Of a DNA stretch of 64,000 bases, positions 11,601-25,818 are shown one piece after another (positions within the stretch are counted from its first letter, which is position 1; every line of letters begins with the position of its first letter). The stretch is from the human T2T-CHM13v2.0 reference genome, Homo sapiens. The notes under the pieces are model-generated. The model made no database searches. It was given only the letters and a program-made list of their open reading frames with translations, and was not told the DNA's origin. The stretch is taken from NCBI RefSeq assembly GCF_009914755.1, contig NC_060930.1, one strand, 5' to 3'. The translations under genes were made by a program, and so were the position numbers.

Positions 11601-13272
11601 GTGCTATCAGTTGTAATATATCCTTTTTCATCTCTGAATTTATTTCTTCAGGTTTTCTCTCGTTTTTTCTTAGTCTGCCTAAAAGTTTGCCAATATTATC
11701 TTTTCAAAAGCCAGCTTTTTGTTTTGTTGATCTTTTGTATTTTTTTCTTCACTCCTGAATTGAAGGATTCATTTCTTCAATTGTGAATTCAGCCAGGCTT
11801 GTTCTTCCTTTCAGGACAGTGAGGTCCCCTTTCTCCTGCTCCAAATAGGGTCCAGAAATGACTGTGAGCCAGAGCCTGGAGTCAGGAACCTTAGAAATCT
11901 ATTTAGTGTTCTATTCCACTGCAGCTGAGTTGACACTCAAGCCTCAAGGCAAAGTCCCTCCCACTTTTCTGTCTCCTTTCCTCAAGAAGGAGTCTCTCCC
12001 CAAGGTCAGGTGGCCCAGGCCTGTGGTGAGCACTGCCTGGCTGTAACTGATGTTTATTCAAGGCCTAAGGGCTCTTCAGTCAGTTTGTGCTAAATGCTAC
12101 CAGGCCTGGGTCTCTCCCTTCAGGGCAGTGGGTTCTCCTCTGACCCACAGAATCCAGAAATGTCACCATCCCAGACCAAGGCCTAGAATTAGAAACCTCA
12201 GGAGGCCCCTTGGTGCTCTATCTTACTGCGGCAGAGCTGGTACCCAAGCTATAAGGCAAAGTCCCCTTTATCCTTCCCTCTCATTTTCTCAAGCAAGAGT
12301 CTCTCCACATGTCCATTATAGCTGGGAACGTGCTGGGTCACCCCTGAAGCCAGCATTGCACTGGATCTCAGACAAGGCCCACAAAAACTACTGTCTGGTT
12401 TATCCAAGGCCCAATGGCTCTTCTGTCAGCAGGTGATAAATCCTGTCAGAACTAGGTACTTCCTTTCAAAGCAGTAGGTTCCCTTATGACCCAGGATGTG
12501 TCATCCAGGGTTTAGGCCTTGGGATGGGCCCCCACGACTCTGTCTAGTGCCCTGTCCTCCTGTGGCTGAGCTGGTATTCAAGGTGTAAGACAAAGTCCTC
12601 TTTACTCTCCCCTCTCCTCTTCTTAAGCAGAAGGAATCAGTCTCTCCCAGGCTGAGAGCTGTGCTGCCTGGAATGGAGGAGGGTTGCTACAAGCACTCCT
12701 TTGGCTGCCCCAAGCTGGTGTCTCACTAGGTCATGTGAACCCCAACTCCACTGGCTCTGAGCCCAGCACAGCACCAGGACTTGCCCAAGATTTGCAGTCC
12801 TTGTGGCCTAGACCGCCTTCTAAATTTATTTAGGATCCTAGAGTGCTTTGGCCTGCAGTGGCATGGCTAGCCGGAACTCAGGTTCTGACCGCCAGACTGG
12901 ACAATTTACCTCTGGCTAGGGCTGGTCTAAATGCTTGCTCTGTGGGCACTGGCTGAATTCTGCCCCATGTTGCTTTCCATTATGACCGGCAGCATTGAGT
13001 TCCAAAGCAAAGTCCCACAATCACTGAGCTTTCCTTCCCCTAAGTAAAATGATTCTCTCTTTGTGCCATGAGGTTGCTGCTGCCTGGGGATGCAGCAGAG
13101 GTGATGTCAGCAATTCAAGACAGTCTTTCCTACTCTCTTCAGTGCCTCTAAACCAGGCAATGTGATTGCCCACCTTATTTTTGGTTCTTATGGAGATATT
13201 TCTTTGTGTGGATAGCTGTTTAATTGGTGTTCCTGTTGGGGATATGATTGCTGGAGGCTTCTATTCTGCCTG
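8635..13272 (-). mobile_element. L1MA (approx. MA2-4): 3' UTR and ORF2 (8635-~11750) joined to an L1M2-type 5' UTR (~11780-13272)
   Basis: T-rich tail at 8635, L1MA 3' UTR, continuous reverse-complement ORF2, abrupt switch to GC-richer 5'-UTR sequence ending ggaggcttctattctgcc. Confidence 0.85.
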
Positions 13273-14607
13273 CTCACAAAAATATTTTTGTTAGACTATG
13301 GTGCAAAACTTTTTAAGAGAATGGAAAAAGAAGTAGGGAAGGAAATAAAAACAAGTGGGCAAAGAAGTAAGAGGAGCCAGCTTCGGATAATTCTTGTAAA
13401 ATGTTACTTATCCCTTCTTAGTAGGATGGTTGTTAGATGCAGGAAATCTATTTTCACATATATGCACACAGGCACACACACATACAATACACACACCCAA
13501 AGATTTGTTACATTTTATTTAATAAAATAGCCTCCTTCTTAAGTGATCTCTTTATTTTAAAGACAGAAAAGACAATCTCCTCATGACGATTTCTGTCCTT
13601 TTTGTTCAAACGCTTCTCTCAAATGAGCACACTTGCTTACTAAAAAGTATGAAGTGGGCTTTGTAATTCTAAATTTCTTTAGTGACTGTCCTCCAAATAT
13701 TCAAATACCTGTGCAATTAGCATCATAATACATATTCACATATGGGTCTGGAAATGTTAACACCACACTCTTACCTGTCTGTTCAAAAGGTCTCAGGAAG
13801 TGAAGAACAAAAGAAAGTGATGGGCTGCTAACCAATAATGATAATTATCAATGCTCAAGCTGCAATCTGAGGTAACAAGGCAGAGTGCAGCTTCCCCCTT
13901 TCAAGCAGATCAGGCCGTGGCGACAGGGAGCCTGGTACTGGTTGTGGCATGACACCAAAACTGAGAAAGGAGACAAATCAGCACGTTCAAATTTTTATTA
14001 GCTCAGCATTTTTATTAAAATATAAAACATTTGAGAATAATTTTTTTTGAAAGGCATACATTCTCATCTTGATTTGTTTGCAGTAAACCTACTTCAAAGG
14101 GATTGTTACGCCTGATTGTGATAAATAAATATGAACTCTAATATTAGATTTGAGCACATAATATCTTGTTCTCCATATAGGACAGTAAGGTTGATTTTAC
14201 AATTTCTTTTTCAATGAGAAAAGACTTTTCACTAAAGATATTAGTCTTCTGCCAATGTTTGTGTGATGTAACCATAAACTCTTAGCGATAAATTATTGGA
14301 ATAGAGATCTACACATGCTCCCAGCTAGGCAAACAGCTGCTCTCTCAAAAAACTTTGGGATTGGTATTTAGATTTTATGATAATGCTATAAATATAATAA
14401 TATAAATTTGCAGATGTAGAGAAAGTAAAGTTAATCTTCAGAAGAAAGAATGAATCAGAGGTGCAAAGCAGAGTCATGTAGGATCAGTAGAAATTACTCT
14501 CTAGTCCTTGTTGATTTTCCAGTTCTTACTTCTTATTCACCAAGACTACCCTTTGCTTTCAGCTTTGATTGCCCCCGCATCCTTCTATCAAATTCCTTTA
14601 TTGGTTG

Positions 14608-15224
14608 TGTAGAAAGGGGTTCTGATCCAGACCCCACGAAAGGGTTCTTTGACTTCCTGCAAGAAAGAATTTGGGGTGAGTCCATAAAGTGAAAGCAACT
14701 TTATTAAGAAAGTAAAGAAACAAAAGAATAACTACTCCATAGGCAGAGCAGCAGCATCTGTGGCTCAACTGATTATACTTATAGTTACTTCTTGATTATA
14801 TGCTAAACAAAGGGTAGATTATTTCTGGGAAAGGGGTGAGCATTTCCCAGAACTGAGTGTTTCTTCCCTTTTTAGACCATATAGGGTAACTTCCTGACAT
14901 TGCTATGGCATTTGTAAATTGGCATGGTGCTGGTGGGAGGGTCTTTTAGCATGCTAACGCATTATAATTAGTGTATAATGAGTGCTGAGGATGACCAGAG
15001 GTCACTTTCATCACTATCTTGGTTTTGGTGGGATTTGGCTGGCTTCTTTGCCACATGCTGTTTTATCAAGAAGGTCTTCTTGACCTGTATCTTATGCTGA
15101 CCTCCTCTCTCATCCTGTGACTAAAAATGCCTAACATCCTGGGAATGCAGCCCAGTAGATTTCAGCCTTATTTTACCCAGCCCCTATTCAAGATGGAGTT
15201 GCTCTAGTTCAAATGCTTCTGCCA
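14608..15224 (-). mobile_element. MER41B solo LTR (ERV1)
   Basis: Matches reverse complement of MER41B over its length; TG...CA ends; 4-bp TSD GTTG at 14604-14607 and 15225-15228. Confidence 0.92.
14823..14852. promoter_or_regulatory. Tandem GAS (STAT) motifs inside MER41B
   Basis: TTCTGGGAA at 14823-14831 and TTCCCAGAA at 14844-14852, both fit TTCNNNGAA; function not shown. Confidence 0.6.
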
Positions 15225-16529
15225 GTTGAACTATCCCAAATTGGTGCCTGTTAGTTGAAACCCATACAATATCAACTAAAGTATGCTGAATTAAAATACT
15301 GAAATGTTATTATGGGTTACATAATTTACCAAATTTTTAAAAACTGTTATCTTCCAAGCTGATCCCTTAAATTCTGGTGTTTGTAGAAATTATATTTATT
15401 ATACTTTCTTTCACCTTTCTTCTCTTTACATAGTAGCATCTATTTACTTCCCTAAATGTGATATTTCTTTACTGGAACAGGTTAACTTTGGGTTGTTGCG
15501 AGGGTGTGTTAGTGATCCCTTAAAATATTGCCTCAATAGCATTCGCTGGCTTCTGATATAGGCAGACAGGTCAGGCTTAGTTCATGAACAGAAAATTCAT
15601 TATAATAGCAGAGTTTTCAAAGCAAAAAATCAATAAATAAGTTTTAATAAACACCATCAACTTTTTCCATTGAAGCCTTTTCAGAACATAACCCATCTTC
15701 AGAATCATTGTCATATTCTAACAACGTCTATTTTCTTCTAAGATGTTAAATGTATTTGTGTTATAAACAATATTTTTCTTGCCTGAATACATTTTTTTCC
15801 ATCTCACCTGATTTTTTCCAAGCCTGGAAAATATGTCAGATCAAAGAGAAGGAGCTGTAGCTGCCTTTCTTAGGAGGGGGAAAACGCACAGGCTGTTTAT
15901 TTCATCACTAAAAGGTACCTTGAGTCACAGGAGAATATTCTATGACTTCCTTTGTGACTGAAAGCTTTCTTTATGATTTTTAAATAAAAGTTTTTAAGGC
16001 AGTAGGTGGCTTCGAGAAGCAATATATGATTAAGTGTTAATTTTATAGTGATCTTTTGCATATACGAACTAGATCACTTTCCCTCAAGAAATTCCCATAA
16101 GTGTAAGCATATTTATTCAGATCATTCATCTTAATCTTCCACCAAAGAAAAATAATGTTGCATGTGAGAGTATTTTAAAGTGACTGATGAGTAGATTGAA
16201 AGAACGATAAATTGTTAGTCCTAATGAAAATATACTGATGTGCTAAGTAAAAATCTGTCTGTAGTAGCCCTACTTTATTCAGAAAAGGGAGAATGAAAGG
16301 GCATAAAAAACAAGAACCCCAAATCTCCATACCCTGACCAAGGCACATGCCTCCTATGAAAAGCCCCACTAGACAGTGATTCCAATGGACAGAGCCAGAG
16401 CAAAGTGACATGGGTTTGGCAAGCATACTGCCATCCTATTCTCAGCATGCACCTGTAAATTCCAGTATATTTTGTCAATATAACTTATCCCACAAATGAA
16501 AGAAAATGTGAATTTATTTTCTTTCAAAC

Positions 16530-16892
16530 CATAATGATTTGGCTCCTGGTTTGCTCTCTCTATCACCTTCCTCTCACCAGCAACATATCATGAGAACTTG
16601 TCCCAGTTTCTTTCTTTAAATGCACCCATGGTGCGTCCACCTAAGGGTCTTTGCACTAACTGTGCTTCTGTCTAGACCTTTTCCCCCCATATTTTAAGGA
16701 AGTTTCTTCCTTTTCATTTGTAAATAAGCTCAAATGATTTTTTTTTTACGTGTAAGTTAGGTGAATAATTAATTTCACATTTGCCCTTGCCCCTTCAGAA
16801 TGTAGGGTCCATGAGACATATCTTGTTTACTGCTATTCCCTCAGTACTAATAACAGGGTAAGTCAGTCCATATGTACTTGTTGAATGAATGC
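16530..16892 (+). mobile_element. L2 fragments including the 3' end
   Basis: agggtctttgcactaactgtgcttctgtctaga and a terminal ttgttgaatgaatg. Confidence 0.6.
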
Positions 16893-17369
16893 ATCATGAT
16901 ATTAACACAAACAAATAATTAAAGCATAATATGGGTAGTAAGAAAATTCTCATGAAGTAGCTACCATGTCATGTAGTATAGCTTATTTTAAGTAGTCAGT
17001 CCTTAAACCAGCTCTTCTCAGCCAGAGATAGAAAGAAAAATGTGCACGGCTCTTGAAGGTGGTAGAAAGAGATGGGGAATATTCAACTCATGCTATCTTT
17101 ATGTGTGTTTTTTCTTCAAAAGTACGTATTGGCTTAAAATACAGCTGAGTGCATTGGCTTCAAATACAGTTGAGTGTATTCACTTCAGTGACTGGTGTTT
17201 AAAATCCAGCTATTCCCATATATTGGCCACACATGTGTACTCATGTGATGCTGTAGAAAACAGTATAAATTAATGGTTTATATCATAAACTCAAAGAAAG
17301 TAATTAGCTACCTCTACTGGAGATCCAAAGGCTGTCTTTCTCTGTTGTTATAGAAAAAATCTTTTGAGG

Positions 17370-17710
17370 TAAAGATTATAGGTCCTCATGTCAGAGAACT
17401 AGATTTAACTTGCGGTTCTACCATTATGTAATCCTTTTTAGCCCATGTTTACCCAACTGTAACATGGCAATAATAATAGTACTTAACTCATAAGTTCTTA
17501 TGGATATGAAATAAAATTAGAGTCTGATATATATAAAATAATAACACCTTACACGTATTGAAAATGTTGTGCTTTAACTGTTTTGGAGCTCTTTAACTAA
17601 GGCCATTTATTAATCTTTAAGTTAAATATTATTATTGCTGTAATTGAGATATAGGAAAACTGAGAAAAAAAGAGATTAAGTGACATGCCAGAGATACTCA
17701 ATTAGTAATA
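17370..17710. mobile_element. Two MIR fragments, tail-to-tail (+ then -)
   Basis: ctgtaacatggcaataataatagtacttaactcata (+ core) and gaaaactgag...agagattaagtgacatgcc (- core). Confidence 0.55.
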
Positions 17711-17711
17711 A

Positions 17712-18042
<331 letters not shown>

Positions 18043-18279
18043 TACATTTTACTGTTACTGCTAGTATTTGAATGGTCCTCAATGTAGTTCAAGCTACAAT
18101 GAACTCAAGTTACACACAGATCAATTAAAATTGCTCCCACTTTATCCCATTTAGCTAGATCTCCATGTGCTTTTACATTTTGATTATTCCTCATTTATCC
18201 TCCCTCACTTTTTTGTTGCAGTTTTTCTTGATGCCTCTGATCCTCAAACTCTGACTATGAACACTGACAATATTAAAGA

Positions 18280-18515
18280 ATAGCAGATGGATATAAGTGC
18301 TTTGGCTCTGGAATCAGACAATCTTGAGTTAGAATTCTTGCTCTATAACTCATTTGAAGTATGATTTTGATCAAATAACTTAAGTATTAAAATGGCAGCT
18401 TTCATTCCACATAATTGTAAAAATAATAATACTTATAGGGTAATTTGAAAAATAAAGGAGAAAATGTGTATCAGTGACTTCATATGTTGCTTATTGCCTA
18501 GTAGATGCTTCATTT
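18280..18515 (+). mobile_element. MIR
   Basis: ggctctggaatcagac...gagttagaattcttgctct and MIR core and tail similarity. Confidence 0.6.
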
Positions 18516-18548
18516 GCATTGGCTGATTAATAATCCTGTAGTCTAGAT

Positions 18549-18889
18549 ATGGGGTCCCCAACCCCTGGGCAGATGATGGGTAACAGGTCTTTGTCCTGTT
18601 AGGAAATGGGCTTCACAGCAGGAGGTGAGCCACAGGCAATGGAGCAAACTGAGCTCAGCTTCCTGTCAGATCAGTGGCAGCATTAGAGTTTCATAGAAAC
18701 AGGAACCCTATTGTGAACTGTGCATGCAAGGGATCTGGGTTGCATGCTCCTTATGAGAATCTAATTAATGTCTTGTTATCTGAGGTGGAAAAGTTTCACC
18801 CTCAAACCATCCCTTTCTCCTCGAAGGTCTGTGGAAAAATTGTCTTCCACAAAACCAGTCCCTGCTGCCATAAAGTTTGGGGAACACTG
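18549..18889 (+). mobile_element. MER1B (hAT-Charlie MITE)
   Basis: ggggtccccaacccc...gtttggggaacactg termini; perfect 8-bp TSD GTCTAGAT at 18541-18548 and 18890-18897. Confidence 0.92.
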
Positions 18890-18969
18890 GTCTAGATCAC
18901 CCTCAGCAGTGTTCTCCAAAATACAATGCTTACAGTCACCTTCTTGAACTGTGCATCTCTGCAGGGAAA

Positions 18970-19372
18970 GTGTGGTGATCATTGAAGTTGTTCGTCAAAT
19001 ATCTCTGATTAATACATTTTTAGGCATATGGTAAGATTGGACCTCTTCAATCCTTTGAAGTTAGTTGTGGCCAATGCTTTGGCCAATGAAATGTGACTGG
19101 AAATATGTGTGTCTTTTCCAGACAAATGCTGCAAAAGCTAGTGAACGATTCACCATCTTCCTGTTGCCCTTCAATCCTGATGGAATGTTCTCTGTGATGC
19201 ATACTTTCTCAGCCTGAGACTTGAAACTAGGAGATCTAGAGCAGAATCCCCAGTGCATTCTGTGATGGACACATAATATAAACAAGAAATAACCCTTTGT
19301 TGTTAAAATGCCATTAAGATTTATTTTGGGATTTATCATAACAGTACAATCTAGCCTGTATGTATTAACACA
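18970..19372 (+). mobile_element. MLT1I/J-type LTR
   Basis: ctttggccaatgaaatgtga, aagaaataaccctttgttgtt and terminal ctagcct...taacaca. Confidence 0.7.
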
Positions 19373-20104
19373 GGGGATAGAAGACATTTTTAGCAACTCC
19401 TTCTAAGATTTCAGTGGGGAAAGGTAATCTCATTCTAGCATGTGAAATAATTGTTGATGCTATCCATTTTGGATCTTTTCTTTGCTTGTTTCTTAATGAC
19501 TAAATGATTTATTCTCTCTGAAGAAATGAGGGCTCTGTTGAAGACAGTGCTGTGAGTTTCAGGATAGTGAGAATTAAAGCAACAAAAGGCAATCTCTGTA
19601 ATAGAGAAGGAGGGATTCACTCAAGTTCAAGAGAAGATACTCTTCAGAACTTAGAAATTCTGCATCTCATTTGTCAATGTGACCATGATTATCTATATGT
19701 AGCCTTAGAGAGATGGAGTCCATATACATGTCAAGCTTGGTTTTTGGCATGTAACTCTCTGAAACTAATAGCAAATGTGAATACTGAGACTTGTCACTAA
19801 TTATATTGTGGTTGATACTGATTTTTATTGTACCCAGGTTTCCTTACTGTGAGGAACATGAAAGTTCTCCTGCTTAGCCTGAATAATGGGAATTTTGTTG
19901 TGTTCTTGACGGGAAACCCTGGAGCCACCCAGAGGCAACAACAATGTCCCTCAGTTAATTACAATGGGGATTAAATCAAGTATAGCTATCCCTTGCCTTG
20001 ATATTTCCCAACATGTTTATCATTTACATTCTGTAGGTTCTTAAATGCTAATGTAATGCCAATTATAGATACCAATAAAAATTATTGATAAAAAGATAAT
20101 ATAT

Positions 20105-20564
20105 TGTATTAGGGATCCTTCAGAGAAAAGAATCAATAATACACACACTCATATATATAGAGAGAGAGACAGAGAGAGAGAGATTTTATATATGTCTGTA
20201 TTTCTATCTATACATATGAGATTTATTTAAAGAAATTGGCTCAGATGATTGTGGAGGCTGACAAGTCTAAAATTTCTAGGTTAGAGCAGTCCAGAGATTC
20301 AGGGAAGAGTTGATGCTGTAGCTTGAGTCAAAACAGTCTGGGGGCAGAATTCTCTTGTTTTTAGAAGACTTCAGTGATTTTCTCCTAAGGTCCTCAACTG
20401 ATTATATGAGGCTCATCCACCTTATGGAGGGTAATCTGTTTACTCAAGCCTACTTGTTTAAATAGGAAGTTCATGCAAAAATAATTGTCACAGAAACATC
20501 TAGACTGGTGTTTGATCTGGGTATCTTGGCTTAGTCAAGCTGACATATATAATTAACTGTCACA
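20105..20564 (-). mobile_element. MLT2 (ERVL) solo LTR with internal (TA)/(GA) microsatellite
   Basis: tgtattaggg...gaaattggctcagatgattgtggaggctgacaagtc...aattaactgtcaca; 5-bp TSD TATAT at 20100-20104 and 20565-20569. Confidence 0.88.
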
Positions 20565-20872
20565 TATATTGAATTGTAAATGTTCAGCAACAATTTTGTA
20601 TGCTGTTTCTATCTTTTATTTTTTATAAACAATAAATAACATGTACCCATAGAAATTTTTTAAAAATTATAAAATTGATTTCTATAGATATGGCTTCTTT
20701 TAAATTCTTTACCCGTCATCTTTCCTATGCCTGTTTTTGAGCCTTTTGTAAATTGTTAAAAGAGAGTCATGTTTAGATTAACTCTGTTAATGAATACTTA
20801 GTGAATGGATACACTGAGGAAAAAAAAAACAAAAAACAAATAATAATGTTGGCAGAGACACATATAACCTCT

Positions 20873-20894
20873 GGATAGGAGTGCACTCCTATCC
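20873..20894. repeat. Perfect 22-bp palindrome
   Basis: GGATAGGAGTGCACTCCTATCC equals its own reverse complement. Confidence 0.95.
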
Positions 20895-21297
20895 TATGAA
20901 TTGGTCACTCAGTCTTTCTTTTGTAGAAGGATCCCTCCTCCTTATTCTAGTACTATTAATTGTATTTTTTGTTGTTGTTCTATGCATTACTTCTTTCTCT
21001 ATTATATATTTCCTGTTTTTTTCTACAGTTTGAAACTATATTCCTTGCATGAAGACTAGGACCAAAATAAGAACTGCTAATAATTAGCCAAAGAGTTAAT
21101 AATGAGATACTATGAATTTGTTAGACACTGCCCTCATGCTTTGTATTTTATGAGCCACTATCCAGCCTAATTTGAGGAATCACTCTTTAGTTCCTGATGC
21201 AATAAATTGTAGACTGGGTGGAGTGCATGTTATACAAATTATAGCATCCTGTGTGTTAACAGCTGCTTTTCATTGTTTGCTTAGAAGCAAGCTGTGC

Positions 21298-21424
21298 CAT
21301 TGGCTACCACTTGCAGGATTACATCCAATACATCTAAGACCTGGATCATCACATTTTATAATAACATAAGTGATGATCTAGGTCTTAGCTATACTGGATG
21401 TAATCCTGCAAGTGGTATCCAGTG
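21298..21424. repeat. Inverted repeat with 55-bp arms and a 17-nt loop
   Basis: Arms 21298-21352 and 21370-21424 match at 49/55 positions with a 23-bp perfect core. Confidence 0.95.
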
Positions 21425-21464
21425 TAATTTCCAAACAAAGGACCTGGCATAGAAAATGCTTCCT

Positions 21465-22838
<1,374 letters not shown>

Positions 22839-23253
22839 ATTTCATGGACATTCTTGTTCTATGAGACTTGTTTCAAGTTCCTTATTTTCTCATGAGAAAA
22901 ACAGTGCATAAATCACATAAATTGCAACGAAAGAGTTGAACTGAAAAAGAAACATCTTTCCACATATCTAGTTTGTACTCCTTTTTTTGCACCAATTTGG
23001 AACATAGTCCTTTGGTTTTCAAATAAATAGTTGAGACAATTCTGAGCTGAGCTCAATTAAACTTCACTTGCTATACTTCTGACATTTTCTTACCATTTTT
23101 AGATTTTTGTCATTTACATGAAATGTAGGCAGATATTTATTCCCTCTGACATTTACTTACCATCCTTTGTATTTTTGAACATCAACCTAATAATAATATT
23201 TTAGTAATATGAGTTGTATTTTTTGCAAGGCGAAAAAGCAGTGCAATATGAGA

Positions 23254-23327
23254 GAAAGAGAAACAGTTAAAGAGAAACTGTTAAAAATAAGAAAGAGAAA
23301 CAGTTAAAGAGAAACAGTCAAAAATAA
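23254..23327 (+). repeat. 37-bp tandem duplication built from a 12-bp subunit
   Basis: gaaagagaaacagttaaagagaaac(t/a)gt(t/c)aaaaataa x2. Confidence 0.9.
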
Positions 23328-23384
23328 CTGATTGAAGTTTAGATTATTTATTCAATTAATATTAGCTGATCTTTACTTGAAAGA

Positions 23385-23385
23385 T

Positions 23386-23410
<25 letters not shown>
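23385..23410. repeat. (TC)n microsatellite
   Basis: Directly visible. Confidence 0.95.
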
Positions 23411-23416
<6 letters not shown>

Positions 23417-25818
23417 CCCCAGGAACATACCTCCTAGGATACTAGGCAGATGTGAGTCATTTTCTTGTATCATCTTTGGCATAGAGAACATTGACTTTAT
23501 ACAATACTCTACATTTCTAATTTATAATATTTAATTTGTCTATAAAATCTTGTCTTCTGGGTAAATTAGAGACAAAGAACAGTAATTTAGTAGGGTCTGG
23601 TGAAATGCAAAATGGAATAGCATCAGATATAGATGATAAGGAAAGGGAATGCAGTTTATGGTTAAATATCTTAGAGAAATGTTATTTGTGGGGCACATGT
23701 TGCAGGGAATAAAGACTGACAAATACAGCCCTAGAAATCTGATAAAAGTAGAGTAATGATTTTTAATTACCATACTTTAAAAAATTAATACATTATATAT
23801 ATATATTTATTGGGTAGAATTTGATGTTTTGATACATGTGTATGTTGTATCATCAAATCAGTGTAGCCTATCACCACATGTGTTTATCATTTTTGTGGTA
23901 AGAACAATTAAAAAATCTTCTAGTTATTTTGTAATGCATGAAATAACATACTTTGCAGTTAACCATAGATACCCTACTGTGTAACAGAACACTCAGAGGT
24001 TATTCCTTCTACCTAATTGTAACTTTGTAACTTTGACCAACTTCTCCCCAGCCTACCCTCTCTTAGTCCCTCCCCAGTCTCTGATAGCCACTGTTCTACT
24101 CTCTACTTCTGATATCAACTTTTTTTGGATTTCATATGTGAATGAGATCAAGCAGTATTTATCTTTCTATGCCAGGCTTATTTCACTTAGTATAATGTCT
24201 TAAGGTACATCCATGCCATTGCAAATGACAGGATTTCATTCTTTTCATGGCTGCATAGTATTTCATTGTGTATATAAGACAATTTTTTAGAAATCTACTA
24301 ATCCATTGATGAATACTTTGATTGATTCCACTTCTGGGCTAATGTGAATAGTGCTGTAATAAACACGGGAGTGCAGATATCTCTTCAATGTACTCATTTT
24401 GTTTCCTTTGGACATATACCCAGTAGTGAGATTGCTGGATCATATGGTAGTTCTATTTTTAGTTTTTTGAGGAACCTCTATAATGTTTTATATAAAGGCT
24501 GTACTAATTTACATTCCCATCAACAGTATGTAAGTGTTCTTTTTTCTCTACATTCTCACCCACATTTATTTATTTATTTTATTTTTTGCTTTTTTGATAA
24601 TAGACATTCCAGCTGGAGTGAGGTGGTAACGATTTGTGGTTTTGATTTGCATTTCTCTGATGACTAGTGATGTTGAACATTTTTTTTCACATACTTCTTA
24701 ACTATTTGTATGTCTTCTTTGAGTAATATCTATTAAAATATTTTACTCACCTTTTATTCAGGTCGTTCTGTTTTTCCTATTGAGTTATTTAATTTCCCTA
24801 TAAATTCTGGATATTAACTTCTTGTCAGCTTGCAAATATTTCATCCCATTCTGTAAGTTGACTCTTTATTCTTTGCTTTCCTTTGCTGTGCAAAACCCTT
24901 TTAGTTTGATATCATCCAATTTCTCTATGTTTGTTTTTGTTGCCTTTGTTTTTGAGATCTTATTTAGAAAATCCTTGCTGAGCTCAATGTCATGAAGCAT
25001 CTCCCCTGTATTTTCTTCTGGTAGTTTCACAGTTTCAACTTTCACATTTAAGTATTTAATATATTTTGAGTTGATATCTGTATATGGGGAGAGGTAGGAA
25101 CCTAGCTTTTTTCTTCTGCGTGTGGATATCCAATTTTCCCAGCAGCACATATTGAAGAGATTATCTTTTCCTCAGTGTGTGTTCTTAGAACCTTTCTCAA
25201 AAATCATTTGTCTGGAGGTGTGTGAATTTATTTCTGTTCCATTTGACAATGTGTATTTTTTCCAGTACCATGCTGTTTTAGCTATTATAGCTTTGTAATG
25301 TATTTCAAAGTCAGAAAATGTGATGCATTTGGCCTTATTCTTTTTACTCAGGATTTCTTTGACTATCTGGGATCTTTCGTGGTTTCATATGAGTTTTAGG
25401 ATTCTTTTTTTATTTCTGTGAAGAATGTCATTGGCATTTTGATAGACAATCTGCATTAAATCTGTACATTGCTTTGGGTGGTATGACCATTTTAACAATA
25501 TTAAGTTTTTCAATCTATGAATACAAGATATCTTTCCATTTATTTGTATCATCTTTAATTTCTTTCATAATATTTTACAGTTTTCAGTATGGAGATCTTT
25601 TACCTCCTTTGTGAAGTTCATTCCTAGTTATCTTATTTTCTGGATGTTATTGTAAATTGTTTTCTTGATTCCTTTTTCAGATAGTTCACTATTAACATAC
25701 ACAAATATTACTAGTTTTCAGATGATGATTTTGTATACTGCAGTTTTACTGAATTTATTTATCAGATCGAAGAGTTTTTTGGTGGAGTTTTTAGATTTTC
25801 TATACATGAAATCATGTT

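Noticed and set aside
10509-12436. Cluster of hydrophobic + strand ORFs
   Set aside because: They are antisense frames of T-rich L1MA; the hydrophobicity is compositional.
17126-17175. 25-bp tandem duplication (similar small ones near 5103, 49607 and 58510)
   Set aside because: Ordinary slippage duplications, two copies only.
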